A DNA stretch of 64,000 bases from Histomonas meleagridis 2922-C6/04-290x (lineage: Eukaryota > Protista > Parabasalia): assembly GCA_020184695.1 (NCBI GenBank), contig JAANOX010000075.1, positions 1-64,000 of the forward strand, written 5' to 3'. Position numbers and translations under genes: made by a program. This document shows, one piece after another, positions 46,933 to 57,279 of this stretch. Numbering within the stretch: position 1 is the first letter of the stretch; every line of letters starts with the position of its first letter. The notes below the pieces were generated by a model. The model had not been told where the DNA came from. It made no database searches and saw nothing but the letters and a program-made list of their open reading frames with translations.

Positions 46933-47599
46933 AATAATTATCAATGAAAATACGATTTTTGTGAATATTTGATATTTGTATATTTTGTAATAACACTTTT
47001 AAATCGGTTTTTTTACTCAGCGACGTGAGGCTCAATAAACCAATAGAACTTTTTCATTGCTTCATGAAAATGAAAATGCTTTCCATGCATTCTATGCATT
47101 TATGAAATAGAATTTAAATATTTTCACTTTCAATATATTTAATAAAAACTCCATATAGTTGTGGTGCTTTTCAAGGAAAGATTATAGTGTATTAATATAA
47201 ATATTTATAATATATAACTAAGTAAAAATCAATTTATTTTCTAATTTTGATTTTAAAATAGATAAGTGATAAAAAATAGTTACATTGCATATATGTCATC
47301 AATATTTGATTAAACATTTTGAAATATAATTTTATAAAGAATGAAGAATTAAAATAGGTAGCGACACACACAAAAAGAAAATATCTTGTTTGTCTTCAAA
47401 ACAAATTGCAAGTATTAATCAAAAACAGTCCCTGGGAGTATTACCAGGCAGAATGAGAACAAACATTTGAACATATTTTATAATATTAGAAAATAATTGT
47501 TTCGAAACAATAATGAAATTAGATGTTTTATATTTGAAAAAAACAGATGGAAAACAGAATATACTGATGTTTAATTAAAGTTTCATACTTTTTCACCTC

Positions 47600-48763
47600 T
47601 TCAGCTATTACTTCCTTTTTTTTAATAACTTATGATTTGTTGTTGCAAGCATTAATGCTGTTTGAAATAATTTAAATGATCTCCAATTATAATTTTGAAA
47701 CATCAAATCAACAAAACAAATTTTAAGAAAAAGAATTATATGTTTTTAATTGTAATATCAATTCCTTTTTGTTCAACAAGTAATTTAACGATTTCAGTAA
47801 AGCCTTTTTTAGATGCTTGCATAAGTGGTGTCCATAATAATTTAAATAATTTCCAAACATTATTTTAAAACATTAAATTATTAAAATAAATAATAAATAA
47901 AACGAAAAAATATCTTTAACATTGATATCGCATACATTTAGTTCAAGAAGTAATTGAACTACTTCGATTTTACCTTTCTTAACTGCCCAATAAAGCGCTG
48001 TTTGGAATATATCGAGTAATTTTCGAATATTATTATGAAATATAAAATTATTTCAATAAATATGAAATAAGACAAATAAACATCTGCAGCATTAATATCA
48101 ATTCCTTTTTGTTGAAGAAGTAATGTAACTATTTCTGTGTGTCCATTTTTAGATGCACATATAAGTGCTGTATTAAATAGTTTAAATCAATTTCAAATAT
48201 TATTTTGAAATCCAAAATTAATGAAATTTATATTAAATAAAACAAATAAATATCTTTAGCATTAATATCTATTCCTTTTTGTTCAAGAAGTAATTTAACT
48301 ATTTCTGTATGACCATTTTGAGATGCTAAAATATGTGCTGTTTTAAATAATTTAAATAATTTCCAAATATTATTTTGAAATATTAAATTATTAAAATAAA
48401 TTTTAAATAAAACAAAAAAATATCTTTAGCATTAATATCAATTCCTTCTTGTTCAAGAAGCAATTTAACTATTTCTGTTCTACCTTTTTCAATTGCCAAT
48501 ATAAGTGGTTTTTTAAATAATTTAAATAACTTCCAAAAATTATATTTAAATAGCAAATTATTAAAACAAGCATTAAGTATAAAAAAAACAAATACTTTTA
48601 GCATTAACATCAATCCCTTTTTGAAGAAGTATTTTAACTAAATCACTTTTATCATTTTCAATTGCAAATATTAGCAGTGGTATAAATAATTTAAAGAATT
48701 TCCAAATATTATCTTGATATATCAAATCATTTACATTAACATTATATAAAAGAAATATATATT
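47600..48763 (-). repeat. Ankyrin array 2: 7 inserts (80, 82, 80, 80, 80, 80, 80 nt) separating ankyrin segments
   Basis: Inserts at 48681..48760, 48512..48593, 48342..48421, 48172..48251, 48002..48081, 47832..47911 and 47662..47741; 90-nt coding segments such as TALICASKNGHTEIVTLLLQQKGIDINAAD. Confidence 0.92.
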
Positions 48764-49943
48764 AACTTTATTAATGTTAAAAATATTTTCATTAATTAAG
48801 TAGTTAAAAATTTCTTCATTATTATATATGGATGTAATATCACAAATATTTAATGTGGTTGGATTTATTTTCAGAAAATATCGTAGAATGAATATATTTC
48901 CTATTTTCAATGAAATTATAATTAGATATTTAAAACAGGTAATTCCATTTTCGATTAAAAATAGAAGAATTTCATAGTTATGATATATAATGCAAATCTT
49001 TCCTAACTCTTTTAAAATACCGATTTCTTTAATTTTATTTTCATAAAGATAATAAAAAATATCGTTTTTATGGAATTTAATTGCTGCTTCATATGCCCCT
49101 TCAAAAGATGAATGATTTTGTTCACATAAATGAATGATTTCATCATTTCCACCTGCAACTGCATATTTACCTGTATTTGATAAATTTGCACCATTCATAA
49201 GTAAATATTTAAAACATTTTATTGAAGAAAAATGTAACATTTTCTTCATTAATAAATGAACATCTTTCATAAATTGATGGCTCAATTTTTTGATTATAAT
49301 GAAAGTACCTTCTTGATGATATTTCTTGAAGTTTTTCATTTCGTCATTTCGAATTATTTTTGCAATTTCATTTGGATTTTGTCCTTCTTTAATTAATTGT
49401 TTGTAAAGTTTAAAATCATTTTCTGAAAGCTTTTCATAATTATTGAAGGTTTCATTTTGAAATTTGGATTTTGTTTGAAATACTTCTTTTTTTTGGTATG
49501 TATTGAAGAAAATATAATGAGTTTTAAATTAAAGTTGTGTTTTCTTCAATTAGCTTATTTTCAATTAAATTATAAAGAATGAAATAAGATTCTTGTGTTT
49601 TAATATAAGCAAGAAAATTTGAAAAAATATTAATAATATTATTTTTTGTTTCTTCGTTTTCTTCTTCTTTAATTTGAACTTGTCTGAAAAATTCACAAAT
49701 TGTGAAAATATTACAATTTCTTGACATACAATATACATAAATTATTTGGCATACAAGAAGTTTAAATGAAAAAGGAAATTGGTAATTTTTGAATATTGAT
49801 TCAACTGTTTCTAAGACATTATTTTCATTCATTTCAAATACAAGTTTTACTATTTGTTGTAATGCTTCTATAGTGACTTCCATTTTTTCAATTTCTTTAG
49901 TTTGCACTTCGTGCGAAATGTTTCCCCCCATGAAAATAATCAC
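48731..49943 (-). pseudogene. DUF3447 N-terminal region of the gene leading into ankyrin array 2
   Basis: EGQNPNEIAKIIRNDE...SIKCFKYLLMNGANLSNTGKYAVAGGNDEIIHLCEQNHSSF; several frameshifts between 49250 and 49525. Confidence 0.8.
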
Positions 49944-50413
49944 AATAAACGGTTACCGTTCTCCGGGATAAAATTTGGGGTCCAAATTCTATTTACTAAA
50001 TCTTTGTAAAATATAGAAAATTACACTTCAATTATCCTCAGAAAATTCAATTTTTTATTTAAGTAAATTAGTGAATATTTGATATCATTGAATTTGTTTT
50101 GGTAAACGTTTTTGCAAATCAAAATATTTCATACGACTTCAGACAAGGGGAGATCAAAGCCACCAAAGGATCAATGGTTTGGTTGGTTTTGCAATAGAAA
50201 AAAAGTTGAAGGTGCTGATGCTGAATATTCAAATGAACTCCTTAGAGAGTGCAAAAGTTGTGTCTGGAGCTAAATCACTGTTAAGACTCTATTACAGCTC
50301 TTTGATAGTTATCTTCACAGTCAAATCAATCACACAGCAAATGACATTGCCCACAGTGCACTTGAGTTGCGTCTTTGGACAAAAAAGAAAAATATTGAAT
50401 GAATGTGATCAGT

Positions 50414-53146
50414 TTATTGGTAGATTGAGTCAACCCATTGTTGGAAGTCATAACCTCCTTCTACTGGTGTCATAACAGATTTGAGGTATTCAGCGTCTTC
50501 TGGGCTGAAGTATCTTGCTAATTGTTCGTCGTTGATTATTGGGCTATTCTGTGCGATAGCTCTGAATGCCTCCTTAGTTGCGTCTGCTGATTCTGCCTTA
50601 GAGAATCTGTCGAGCATGTACTTGACGTAGTTATCGAAGTCGAGTTTCTCTTGTCCGCCGGTGTACTTCTTGATGATTTCCTTGCATTCATCTTCAGTAG
50701 AAGTCTCACCGAGTGATGTAAGGCATGCGTTAAGTTCGTATGGCTCGAGCGTCTTGCTCTTGTCCTTGTCGAAGTGGTCGAATGTCTCACGGAATTCGTT
50801 AAGTTGTTCTTCAGAGATTTCGAGACCTTTAGCAGCTGCAATTGCCTTGTCTGCTTCTTGGATTAATGTCTTAATGTGTGATAATGTGTTAGCGAAGAAT
50901 TGTGAAATGGCTGATGGTGAGTTCTCGACTTCAATTTCGAGTGAATCCTTTTCAAGTTCTTCGTATAATGGAAGGATTTCTTCGACTTTGTCCTTTTCGG
51001 CTTCAACTTCCTTTTGCTTCTCGAAGAGTGCTGTTAACTTCTCTTCGTTAGATTCTGGAAGTCCATCGAGTGATGCTTCAAGTGCTTTAGCGGATTCAAG
51101 AATGGCATTAGCCTTCTCGTTGTATTCTGAGATCTTTGAGCTGTTTCTTGTTTCAATGATTTCACCTTCGTTGTGTTGGATCAAGTGATTGATTGTAGCA
51201 ACAAGTGCATCTGCTGAAGCGCGGACATCTGTTGGTGATGCCTTAGCCTTGTAGTTGAGTTTGTATTGTGTAAGTTCTTCGAATGGTGCATCAAGTTGTT
51301 CGAGTTCTGGTGGGATTGCTTGTGCTTGGCCAAGAAGTTCTTCGAGCTTTTGCTTCTTGTCTTCAAGTGAACCATCGAGTTCTTTAGCAGATGTTTCGAT
51401 TGGCTTGATGCGTTCGATGAATTCTGCTGCTTTAGCATCATAGTTTTGAACCATTGTGTTGTAGATCTCATTCAATGAGTTTGTAGCTTGTGCAAGAACA
51501 CCTGCGTACATTGATGAGATAACTTGTGGTGTGTTTTCGATTTCAAGGTGAAGACTTTCTTGTTCAAGCTTATGGTAATCTTCGTTAAGGTTGTTGACAC
51601 CTTCTCTCTTTTCGGTGATTTCCTTGATCTTGTTGATGAAGTGTTCACGGCGTTGTTCAAGTTCGCCTTCGATTTCGAGTGATGCCTTAAGGTCTTGTGA
51701 CTCTTGGACATATACTTGTGCCTTTTCATTGTATGCATCGATCTTTGCCTTGTTCTCCTTTTCGATGTCGCGTGCTCTCTTTTGGTCAATGAGACGTGTT
51801 AAGAGTGAAACGAGTTGATCGATTTCGCTTTGGATGGAGTAAACTGTGTACTTGGCACGTGTGTTTAATTGGAGTTGAACAAGTTCATCATATGGTGCTT
51901 GAAGTTCTGATGCTGAAAGTCCTTTGGCTTCTTCAAGAAGATCATTAAGGATATCTTCTTGTTCGGATTTCTCACGGATTTCATTGCACTTGTTGGCAAT
52001 TGCATCGCACTTCTCATTGAATTCGTCGATCTTTGACTTTTGAAGGTTGTGAAGAATTTCCTTAAGTTCGGTGCTTCTGTTACCTTGAATTTGTTCTGTT
52101 TCTTCGAGGGCCTTTGTAAGTGTTTCTGGTTCGAGGCCTTCTGGTGGTGTTGGGATTTGACGGTTGTGGGAATTGCAGTTTGATACTAATTGTGTCCATG
52201 TTCTAATGGCTGTACCACGAAGTTCAACAAGCTTTGGACGTTCATCACGACCGAACTTAACAACTTTGACAAGCTTATCTTTTACGCTTGGAACTGTTTG
52301 TTCATAATCATCAGCTAATAAGTTGTTCTTAGCTTCGTTAAGAGCATCCATGAAAGCCTTAGCTTGTTCAGCATAGTTGTTCTTAAGTTCGTCGATTTGC
52401 TTTTGGATTCCAACAATCTTCTTGGCCTTCTCAGCTAAGGCAAGAACCTTAGTTTCAGAAGCAAAGAAGTGGAAGAATTCGGAAACTTGTGTAACAACAG
52501 ATTTGTCATCTGGTGTTGTGTCAACAAGATCTTCAACATCAAGGAAGACTGTGATACCGAGTTTCTCGCAGGCTTCGAATGCTTTCTTGCAGTTATCGGC
52601 ATGGTTTTCTTTGTCAAGTGAGTTGTAGTCAAGAAGTTCTGGACGGAAGTGGTTGATTAATGCGCAGAAAGCAAGACCTGAGGACCATGATGTGGTGAAG
52701 TTAGTGATGTTAACACCATCATAGCCTTGGGTGTTCTTCTTGCACCAGATAAGAAGGGCATCACGTGCTGTTGCTTCTTCAACAGAGATATCTTCAATTT
52801 GGAACTTGTTGATGCAGGACCAAGTAAGACCTAATGTAAGCTTAAGGTTCTTGTCGACAATATCATCGGCTTGGATGTTTGTGAGCTTGATGCCCTTATC
52901 TTTGATGTATTGAATAGCCATGTTGACGTTTTCGATCTTGTGGTACTTGTTCTTGCATTCTCTGTGCCACTTTCCTTTTACTGGTTCCTTACCAATGATT
53001 TCAAGAAGTTGAATGAGCTTAACGCCATCTTCGAATTCTGTTGTGACATCTTCGAACTTGATACCACGTGTACGAAGGTGCTTAGCACACCACCTGGAGA
53101 AAACTTTGATTTGTGTTCTTTCCCAACCTTTATCAAGGATTGTCAT
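50414..53146 (-). CDS. ACTN: Alpha-actinin (trichomonad type)
   Basis: CH1 (WERTQIKVFSRW...DGVKLIQLLEII), CH2 (ARDALLIWCKKNT...SWSSGLAFCALI), long rod, EF-hand region (EFRETFDHFDKDKS); strongly biased codon usage. Confidence 0.95.
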   Translation of the reverse strand: MTILDKGWERTQIKVFSRWCAKHLRTRGIKFEDVTTEFEDGVKLIQLLEIIGKEPVKGKWHRECKNKYHKIENVNMAIQYIKDKGIKLTNIQADDIVDKNLKLTLGLTWSCINKFQIEDISVEEATARDALLIWCKKNTQGYDGVNITNFTTSWSSGLAFCALINHFRPELLDYNSLDKENHADNCKKAFEACEKLGITVFLDVEDLVDTTPDDKSVVTQVSEFFHFFASETKVLALAEKAKKIVGIQKQIDELKNNYAEQAKAFMDALNEAKNNLLADDYEQTVPSVKDKLVKVVKFGRDERPKLVELRGTAIRTWTQLVSNCNSHNRQIPTPPEGLEPETLTKALEETEQIQGNRSTELKEILHNLQKSKIDEFNEKCDAIANKCNEIREKSEQEDILNDLLEEAKGLSASELQAPYDELVQLQLNTRAKYTVYSIQSEIDQLVSLLTRLIDQKRARDIEKENKAKIDAYNEKAQVYVQESQDLKASLEIEGELEQRREHFINKIKEITEKREGVNNLNEDYHKLEQESLHLEIENTPQVISSMYAGVLAQATNSLNEIYNTMVQNYDAKAAEFIERIKPIETSAKELDGSLEDKKQKLEELLGQAQAIPPELEQLDAPFEELTQYKLNYKAKASPTDVRASADALVATINHLIQHNEGEIIETRNSSKISEYNEKANAILESAKALEASLDGLPESNEEKLTALFEKQKEVEAEKDKVEEILPLYEELEKDSLEIEVENSPSAISQFFANTLSHIKTLIQEADKAIAAAKGLEISEEQLNEFRETFDHFDKDKSKTLEPYELNACLTSLGETSTEDECKEIIKKYTGGQEKLDFDNYVKYMLDRFSKAESADATKEAFRAIAQNSPIINDEQLARYFSPEDAEYLKSVMTPVEGGYDFQQWVDSIYQ

Positions 53147-53149
53147 GAA

Positions 53150-53159
53150 AATGAAGTGA
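53150..53159 (-). promoter_or_regulatory. Tandem Inr elements (TCACT, TCATT) upstream of actinin
   Basis: Minus strand reads gagcTCACTTCATTttcATG, matching the trichomonad TCAY(T/A) initiator. Confidence 0.65.
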
Positions 53160-53728
53160 GCTCAAATTGTCAAACGATCAAGTCATTGAAATTTTGACTG
53201 CAATGGATTTGTCAGATGTTAATTGTCCCCAAAAAGAAAAGGAATAAAGGAAAAAAAGGACAGATATTTATTTTCATTACTTTTTTTTAGGTTATAAGAT
53301 TCAATACGAATTTGTGGTAAGACCTTATCTCAAACTTTTACCTTAAATTGAAAGGGTGAAAAAATATTTCTAGTTTTAGGATTTGTGTGGGTGTTTATGG
53401 CGGTTATTACGCTCACTTCAAACACAAAAAAAATTTCTCCACACAAGAAAGCACATTTGAAATTTTGGATTTTTTATATTTCAAAATTTTTAGGAGGATG
53501 ATGACAAACTATTTTTAAGGTGAATTAAATAAATTGAAAATCATTTAGATTCAAAATGCAAAATACGTTAAATCAAAAAAAAAAAGATCATGTCATGAGT
53601 CTTGACTCTTGTTTCATTTGTTCACTCTATTAGCGATTTGTTGCAAGAAGTTAATTTATTTCTTCTTTTTGGCACTTTTCAGAAGTCGTTAACTTTAAAT
53701 TTAAATTGCAACCAAAATCCTGATTTAG

Positions 53729-56281
53729 ATGAGCATTCGCGAATTTTTCGGCTTTCTAAGTGATCCCAACTTAGAAAACCGAATGAAAGCAATTCAAGAA
53801 TGTGAATCTTTTCGAACACCAAAAGGATTTAAAATTGAAATTTTCGATGAATTTTCGTCACCAAATTCTCCAAAAGAAAACCGTATTTTTGCGTTTTTGT
53901 CGCTTACACATCTTATAAAAAATGGGTGGAATGAAATTTCTCAAACAGATAAACAAAGAATTGATAATCGATTTCCTTTTTATCAAAGACAAGATATAAT
54001 GGATGACAATCTATGTCAAATTATTGCCGAAACGGTTGCATCATATATGTTGTATGCGAGTAACATAAGTACAATCATAAGTTTTATGCAAAATTCATCA
54101 AATTCAACCACAGAAAATTTCATGGCCTATCTTGTGACAGAAATAATTACTGGGATCTTTCAACCAAAGTTCCCTCAACAAAGAATTAATTTCTTATCCA
54201 AATATCTTGAATCGAATATTTTAAATTTCTTAGTTTTATTCATAATTTCACCTTTAGTTAAAAATAAATCCATTGTTTGCTTGCAATGTATGGCTCAAAT
54301 TCATGAGTATTCACCAGCAATTATAAGAATGTTTTTATCAATTCCCGAATCAGATGATTTTTATGCAACTCTTGCTTCAACTCTTTGGGTTCCAAGCAAC
54401 GTAAATTATGTTCTTCCAATTTTTGAATCAATTTTTGATTTTTCTCCTTTTCTTCCGAAGACTTATAGCACAATTATATCCACACTAGATCATTTCAAAA
54501 ATGATTATCTACTTCTTTTTTTAACATCTGCACTTCCTAGTTCTTCTGCATTAGATTTTGTATATCAAATGAATAACTTATCTTTGAGAATTCCAATACT
54601 TTTTCAAGTAATGGACTTGATGCCTTTCGCTGACTTATTTCCATTCTTCGAAATCATTTATTTTTTACTTCATTCCACATCTCCTTCAACCGTCAGTGAA
54701 GTCATCGATGAATTTATCGTCTTTCTCAAAAAGCTTAATTTGAGAGAATCCCCACAATTCCATCAACTTTTTCAGGCACAACGTCTCTCGATTTTTGAAT
54801 GGTGTTTTTCTCTTTTGGCGCAAGATTTTACGACATTTCCTGGCTCAATATTTGATTTTCATTGGACTGTAAATAATATACGTCATACCATTCTTGATTT
54901 AATCCTAAGTATTATCAAACTTTATGATGGAATTCATATAATTCCGCAACTTATTCAATCGATAGTACTTAATGGTGTTGAATCAGCTTCATTTGAAATC
55001 ATATTAACAATATTATTGCCAATACTAACTGATCCCACTCCAGAAATTATAAATTATATTCAAACGCCATCCAAAGAAGTCACAAATTTTCTTTTATCAT
55101 CATTATCACATTATACATTACAGCAACAAAATTCAATTTGTAAACTTCTAATCAAATTAATTCCATATTTACAATTCACAGATTCCGAAATCAACAATTT
55201 CTACACATGTTTAACAAATCTCTTTTTAGATGAAACGCCATTATGTAATGAATCATTCTCACGTTATTACAACGAATTCACGAAACATTTTTTACCGCGA
55301 ATCCAATTACCAATTGACCGATTTCAACGTATAACGAAAAACGACACAAATTATTGGAACGTAATGACAATGTTAGCGCAACTTGGAATAAATGTTGGCG
55401 ATCATGCGCCTCTTGAAAGCACTCGTAATGAGCTTTTATGGTTTACGCATGACTTTAACTTAAATAATTCTTCGTTTAAAGTAGTGAACAAACGACTTAC
55501 AAAGCCACTTGAAATACTTTCGAATGTATCAATCGATGCATTAAACCCGAAAATCACTTTAGAAATATTTAATTTAATTGTAGCAACTAATAATATTTTG
55601 GTTGATTTCATTAGTGACCAAAGAATTAACCCGGCACAACATTTGAATCTAATGGCTTTGTTTTGTCCTGCTTTTACTCATTTTGCTGTCCAACGTATCG
55701 ACTTGTTCATTAATGTTGCTGTTCCACAATTGAAAATTCCAAACGTTCTTCACCCGTCGACCGTTATGTGGGGCTCAAAAATTGTGTTAAAAGTGATGGA
55801 GGTTATCAACGATCATAACCCCTTGAATCCATTTATTGAATGCATTGTGGTGAAATTCACTGGAATTGTAAAGGATGCCCCTGAAAATGAAGCGGTTGTT
55901 CGGAAAATGAAAGTTATCGTTGCTGAGCTATGCAAATATTTAACAAATAATTTGATCATTTGTGAATGTTTAAGTATGTGCTTGAGATCAGATGATAGTA
56001 AAGTATTAACAAGTACAATGAAAACTATCGAAGTGAAAGGTATTGATGTGATCGCAATGATTTGGCCAATTTTGGTTTCTAAGAAAGAGACACAGTTTGT
56101 GGAAAGACTTGCAACAATGCTTCATGGAATATATGAAAAGAATGGAAGGAATTGCGACGTGTTTAGAGTGTTACCGCAGAACGAGAAATATACTGTGGAT
56201 ATGCTACAAAAACAATTTGAAACTGCTGTAGCTGCCAAAAAACAAAGAAGAGCACTGAGGAACTTCATTATGTCGTTTTAG
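53729..56281 (+). CDS. HEAT/ARM-repeat protein, importin-beta/exportin-like
   Basis: 850-aa helical protein; N-terminus resembles IBN_N (RIFAFLSLTHLIKNGWNEISQTDKQRI). Confidence 0.55.
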   Translation: MSIREFFGFLSDPNLENRMKAIQECESFRTPKGFKIEIFDEFSSPNSPKENRIFAFLSLTHLIKNGWNEISQTDKQRIDNRFPFYQRQDIMDDNLCQIIAETVASYMLYASNISTIISFMQNSSNSTTENFMAYLVTEIITGIFQPKFPQQRINFLSKYLESNILNFLVLFIISPLVKNKSIVCLQCMAQIHEYSPAIIRMFLSIPESDDFYATLASTLWVPSNVNYVLPIFESIFDFSPFLPKTYSTIISTLDHFKNDYLLLFLTSALPSSSALDFVYQMNNLSLRIPILFQVMDLMPFADLFPFFEIIYFLLHSTSPSTVSEVIDEFIVFLKKLNLRESPQFHQLFQAQRLSIFEWCFSLLAQDFTTFPGSIFDFHWTVNNIRHTILDLILSIIKLYDGIHIIPQLIQSIVLNGVESASFEIILTILLPILTDPTPEIINYIQTPSKEVTNFLLSSLSHYTLQQQNSICKLLIKLIPYLQFTDSEINNFYTCLTNLFLDETPLCNESFSRYYNEFTKHFLPRIQLPIDRFQRITKNDTNYWNVMTMLAQLGINVGDHAPLESTRNELLWFTHDFNLNNSSFKVVNKRLTKPLEILSNVSIDALNPKITLEIFNLIVATNNILVDFISDQRINPAQHLNLMALFCPAFTHFAVQRIDLFINVAVPQLKIPNVLHPSTVMWGSKIVLKVMEVINDHNPLNPFIECIVVKFTGIVKDAPENEAVVRKMKVIVAELCKYLTNNLIICECLSMCLRSDDSKVLTSTMKTIEVKGIDVIAMIWPILVSKKETQFVERLATMLHGIYEKNGRNCDVFRVLPQNEKYTVDMLQKQFETAVAAKKQRRALRNFIMSF

Positions 56282-56599
56282 AGTAGAAATAAATTTAAAA
56301 AATATGTTTGTTTTGTTATGAAAGTATAATAAAATATAAATATATTAAGATGTTTCTATGGAATTGTTAAAATAAGTGATGAAGCAACTAAACTTGAAAA
56401 TGAAGGGAAAATAGAAGGAGCGAACGGAAAGAACTTTTGGCTAAAGCGCAAGAAAACGAAAACAAATTTGCTCAAAAAGAGATTGGATGATGAGATCGAA
56501 AATTTGGAAAAGAAAAAGAAAAAAGAACTCGAAAGAGCATTTATAAAATTTATGATCATGGAACCAATTAATATTAAAAATTTTAATTAGTCCCTTTTT

Positions 56600-56724
56600 C
56601 ATTTTAAAACAAATTTTAAATAAAACAAAAAAATATTTTTAGCATTAATATCAATTACTTTTTGCTCAATAAGTAATTTAACTATTTCTATACTCCCATT
56701 TATAGATGCTCTAATAAGTGCTGT
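56600..56724 (-). pseudogene. Solitary ankyrin segment plus 5' part of an insert
   Basis: 56635..56724 encodes TALIRASINGSIEIVKLLIEQKVIDINAKN (90 nt), followed by attttttt gttttatttaaaatttg as in the array inserts. Confidence 0.8.
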
Positions 56725-57279
56725 TTTAATGATTTTTAACTTGTGTCCGTTTTGGTGTAAATGAACAAACCAAAGTGAACTTAAAATTAAAATTTGTATT
56801 TATATAAAAGCTATTAATTAACTTATATTCTTATCAATATGCCATTTTGTTCCATGATGTTACTATGATGAAATCACTTTCTTCATTCATACTTTTAGTT
56901 TAAAATAGTGAAAGGATATATGAAAGAAAACATCTTGATAAGAATTGTTCATTTTTCATGATTATTTTTCTTAAAGTATAAAAAATTTTTTTACATAATT
57001 TAGATACATTTTATTTAATACTTTAAAAATCCGAGTCCTCTTGCTCAATTACAAAAAATTTATATTACACAATGTTATTTCCGATTTTTACAATGAACTA
57101 ACGAGCGTTTAATAACACAATTTCTATAATTTTAACACAAAAAATCTGATGAGCGTAGACGTTAAACATGTTTAAAATCAATTTTTATATTTTCACTTAT
57201 GAAAACAAATAAAATTTCAGAGAAAAAGTTTTTTTATGACTAATTCCATAATTAATGATTTATTATTACCTGTGGGCAT

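Noticed and set aside
47420-47440. CCTGG-N8-CCAGG hairpin
   Set aside because: Only a 5-bp stem, with no recognisable ncRNA boxes.
48170-48243. Canonical GT..AG intron (ttGTtttat ... acAG|ca) in the inserts
   Set aside because: The GT is phase 2 and the AG phase 1, so splicing shifts the frame; the AG is absent in ACA-CCA units and the GT is absent in others.
48170-48253. U12-type AT..AC intron (G|AT ... AC|A)
   Set aside because: It does not restore the frame, deletes the conserved Thr, and lacks the ATATCC 5' consensus.
48383-48613. 76-aa ORF as a standalone gene
   Set aside because: It is one ankyrin segment flanked by read-through into two inserts; the 41087..41287 ORF is the same.
47600-48763. 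CRISPR-like array (regular 170-nt period)
   Set aside because: The conserved parts are protein-coding ankyrin segments and the spacers are homologous to each other; eukaryotic context with no cas genes.
50536-52913. Many short alternative-frame and antisense ORFs over actinin
   Set aside because: Shadow ORFs caused by biased codon usage of a highly expressed gene.
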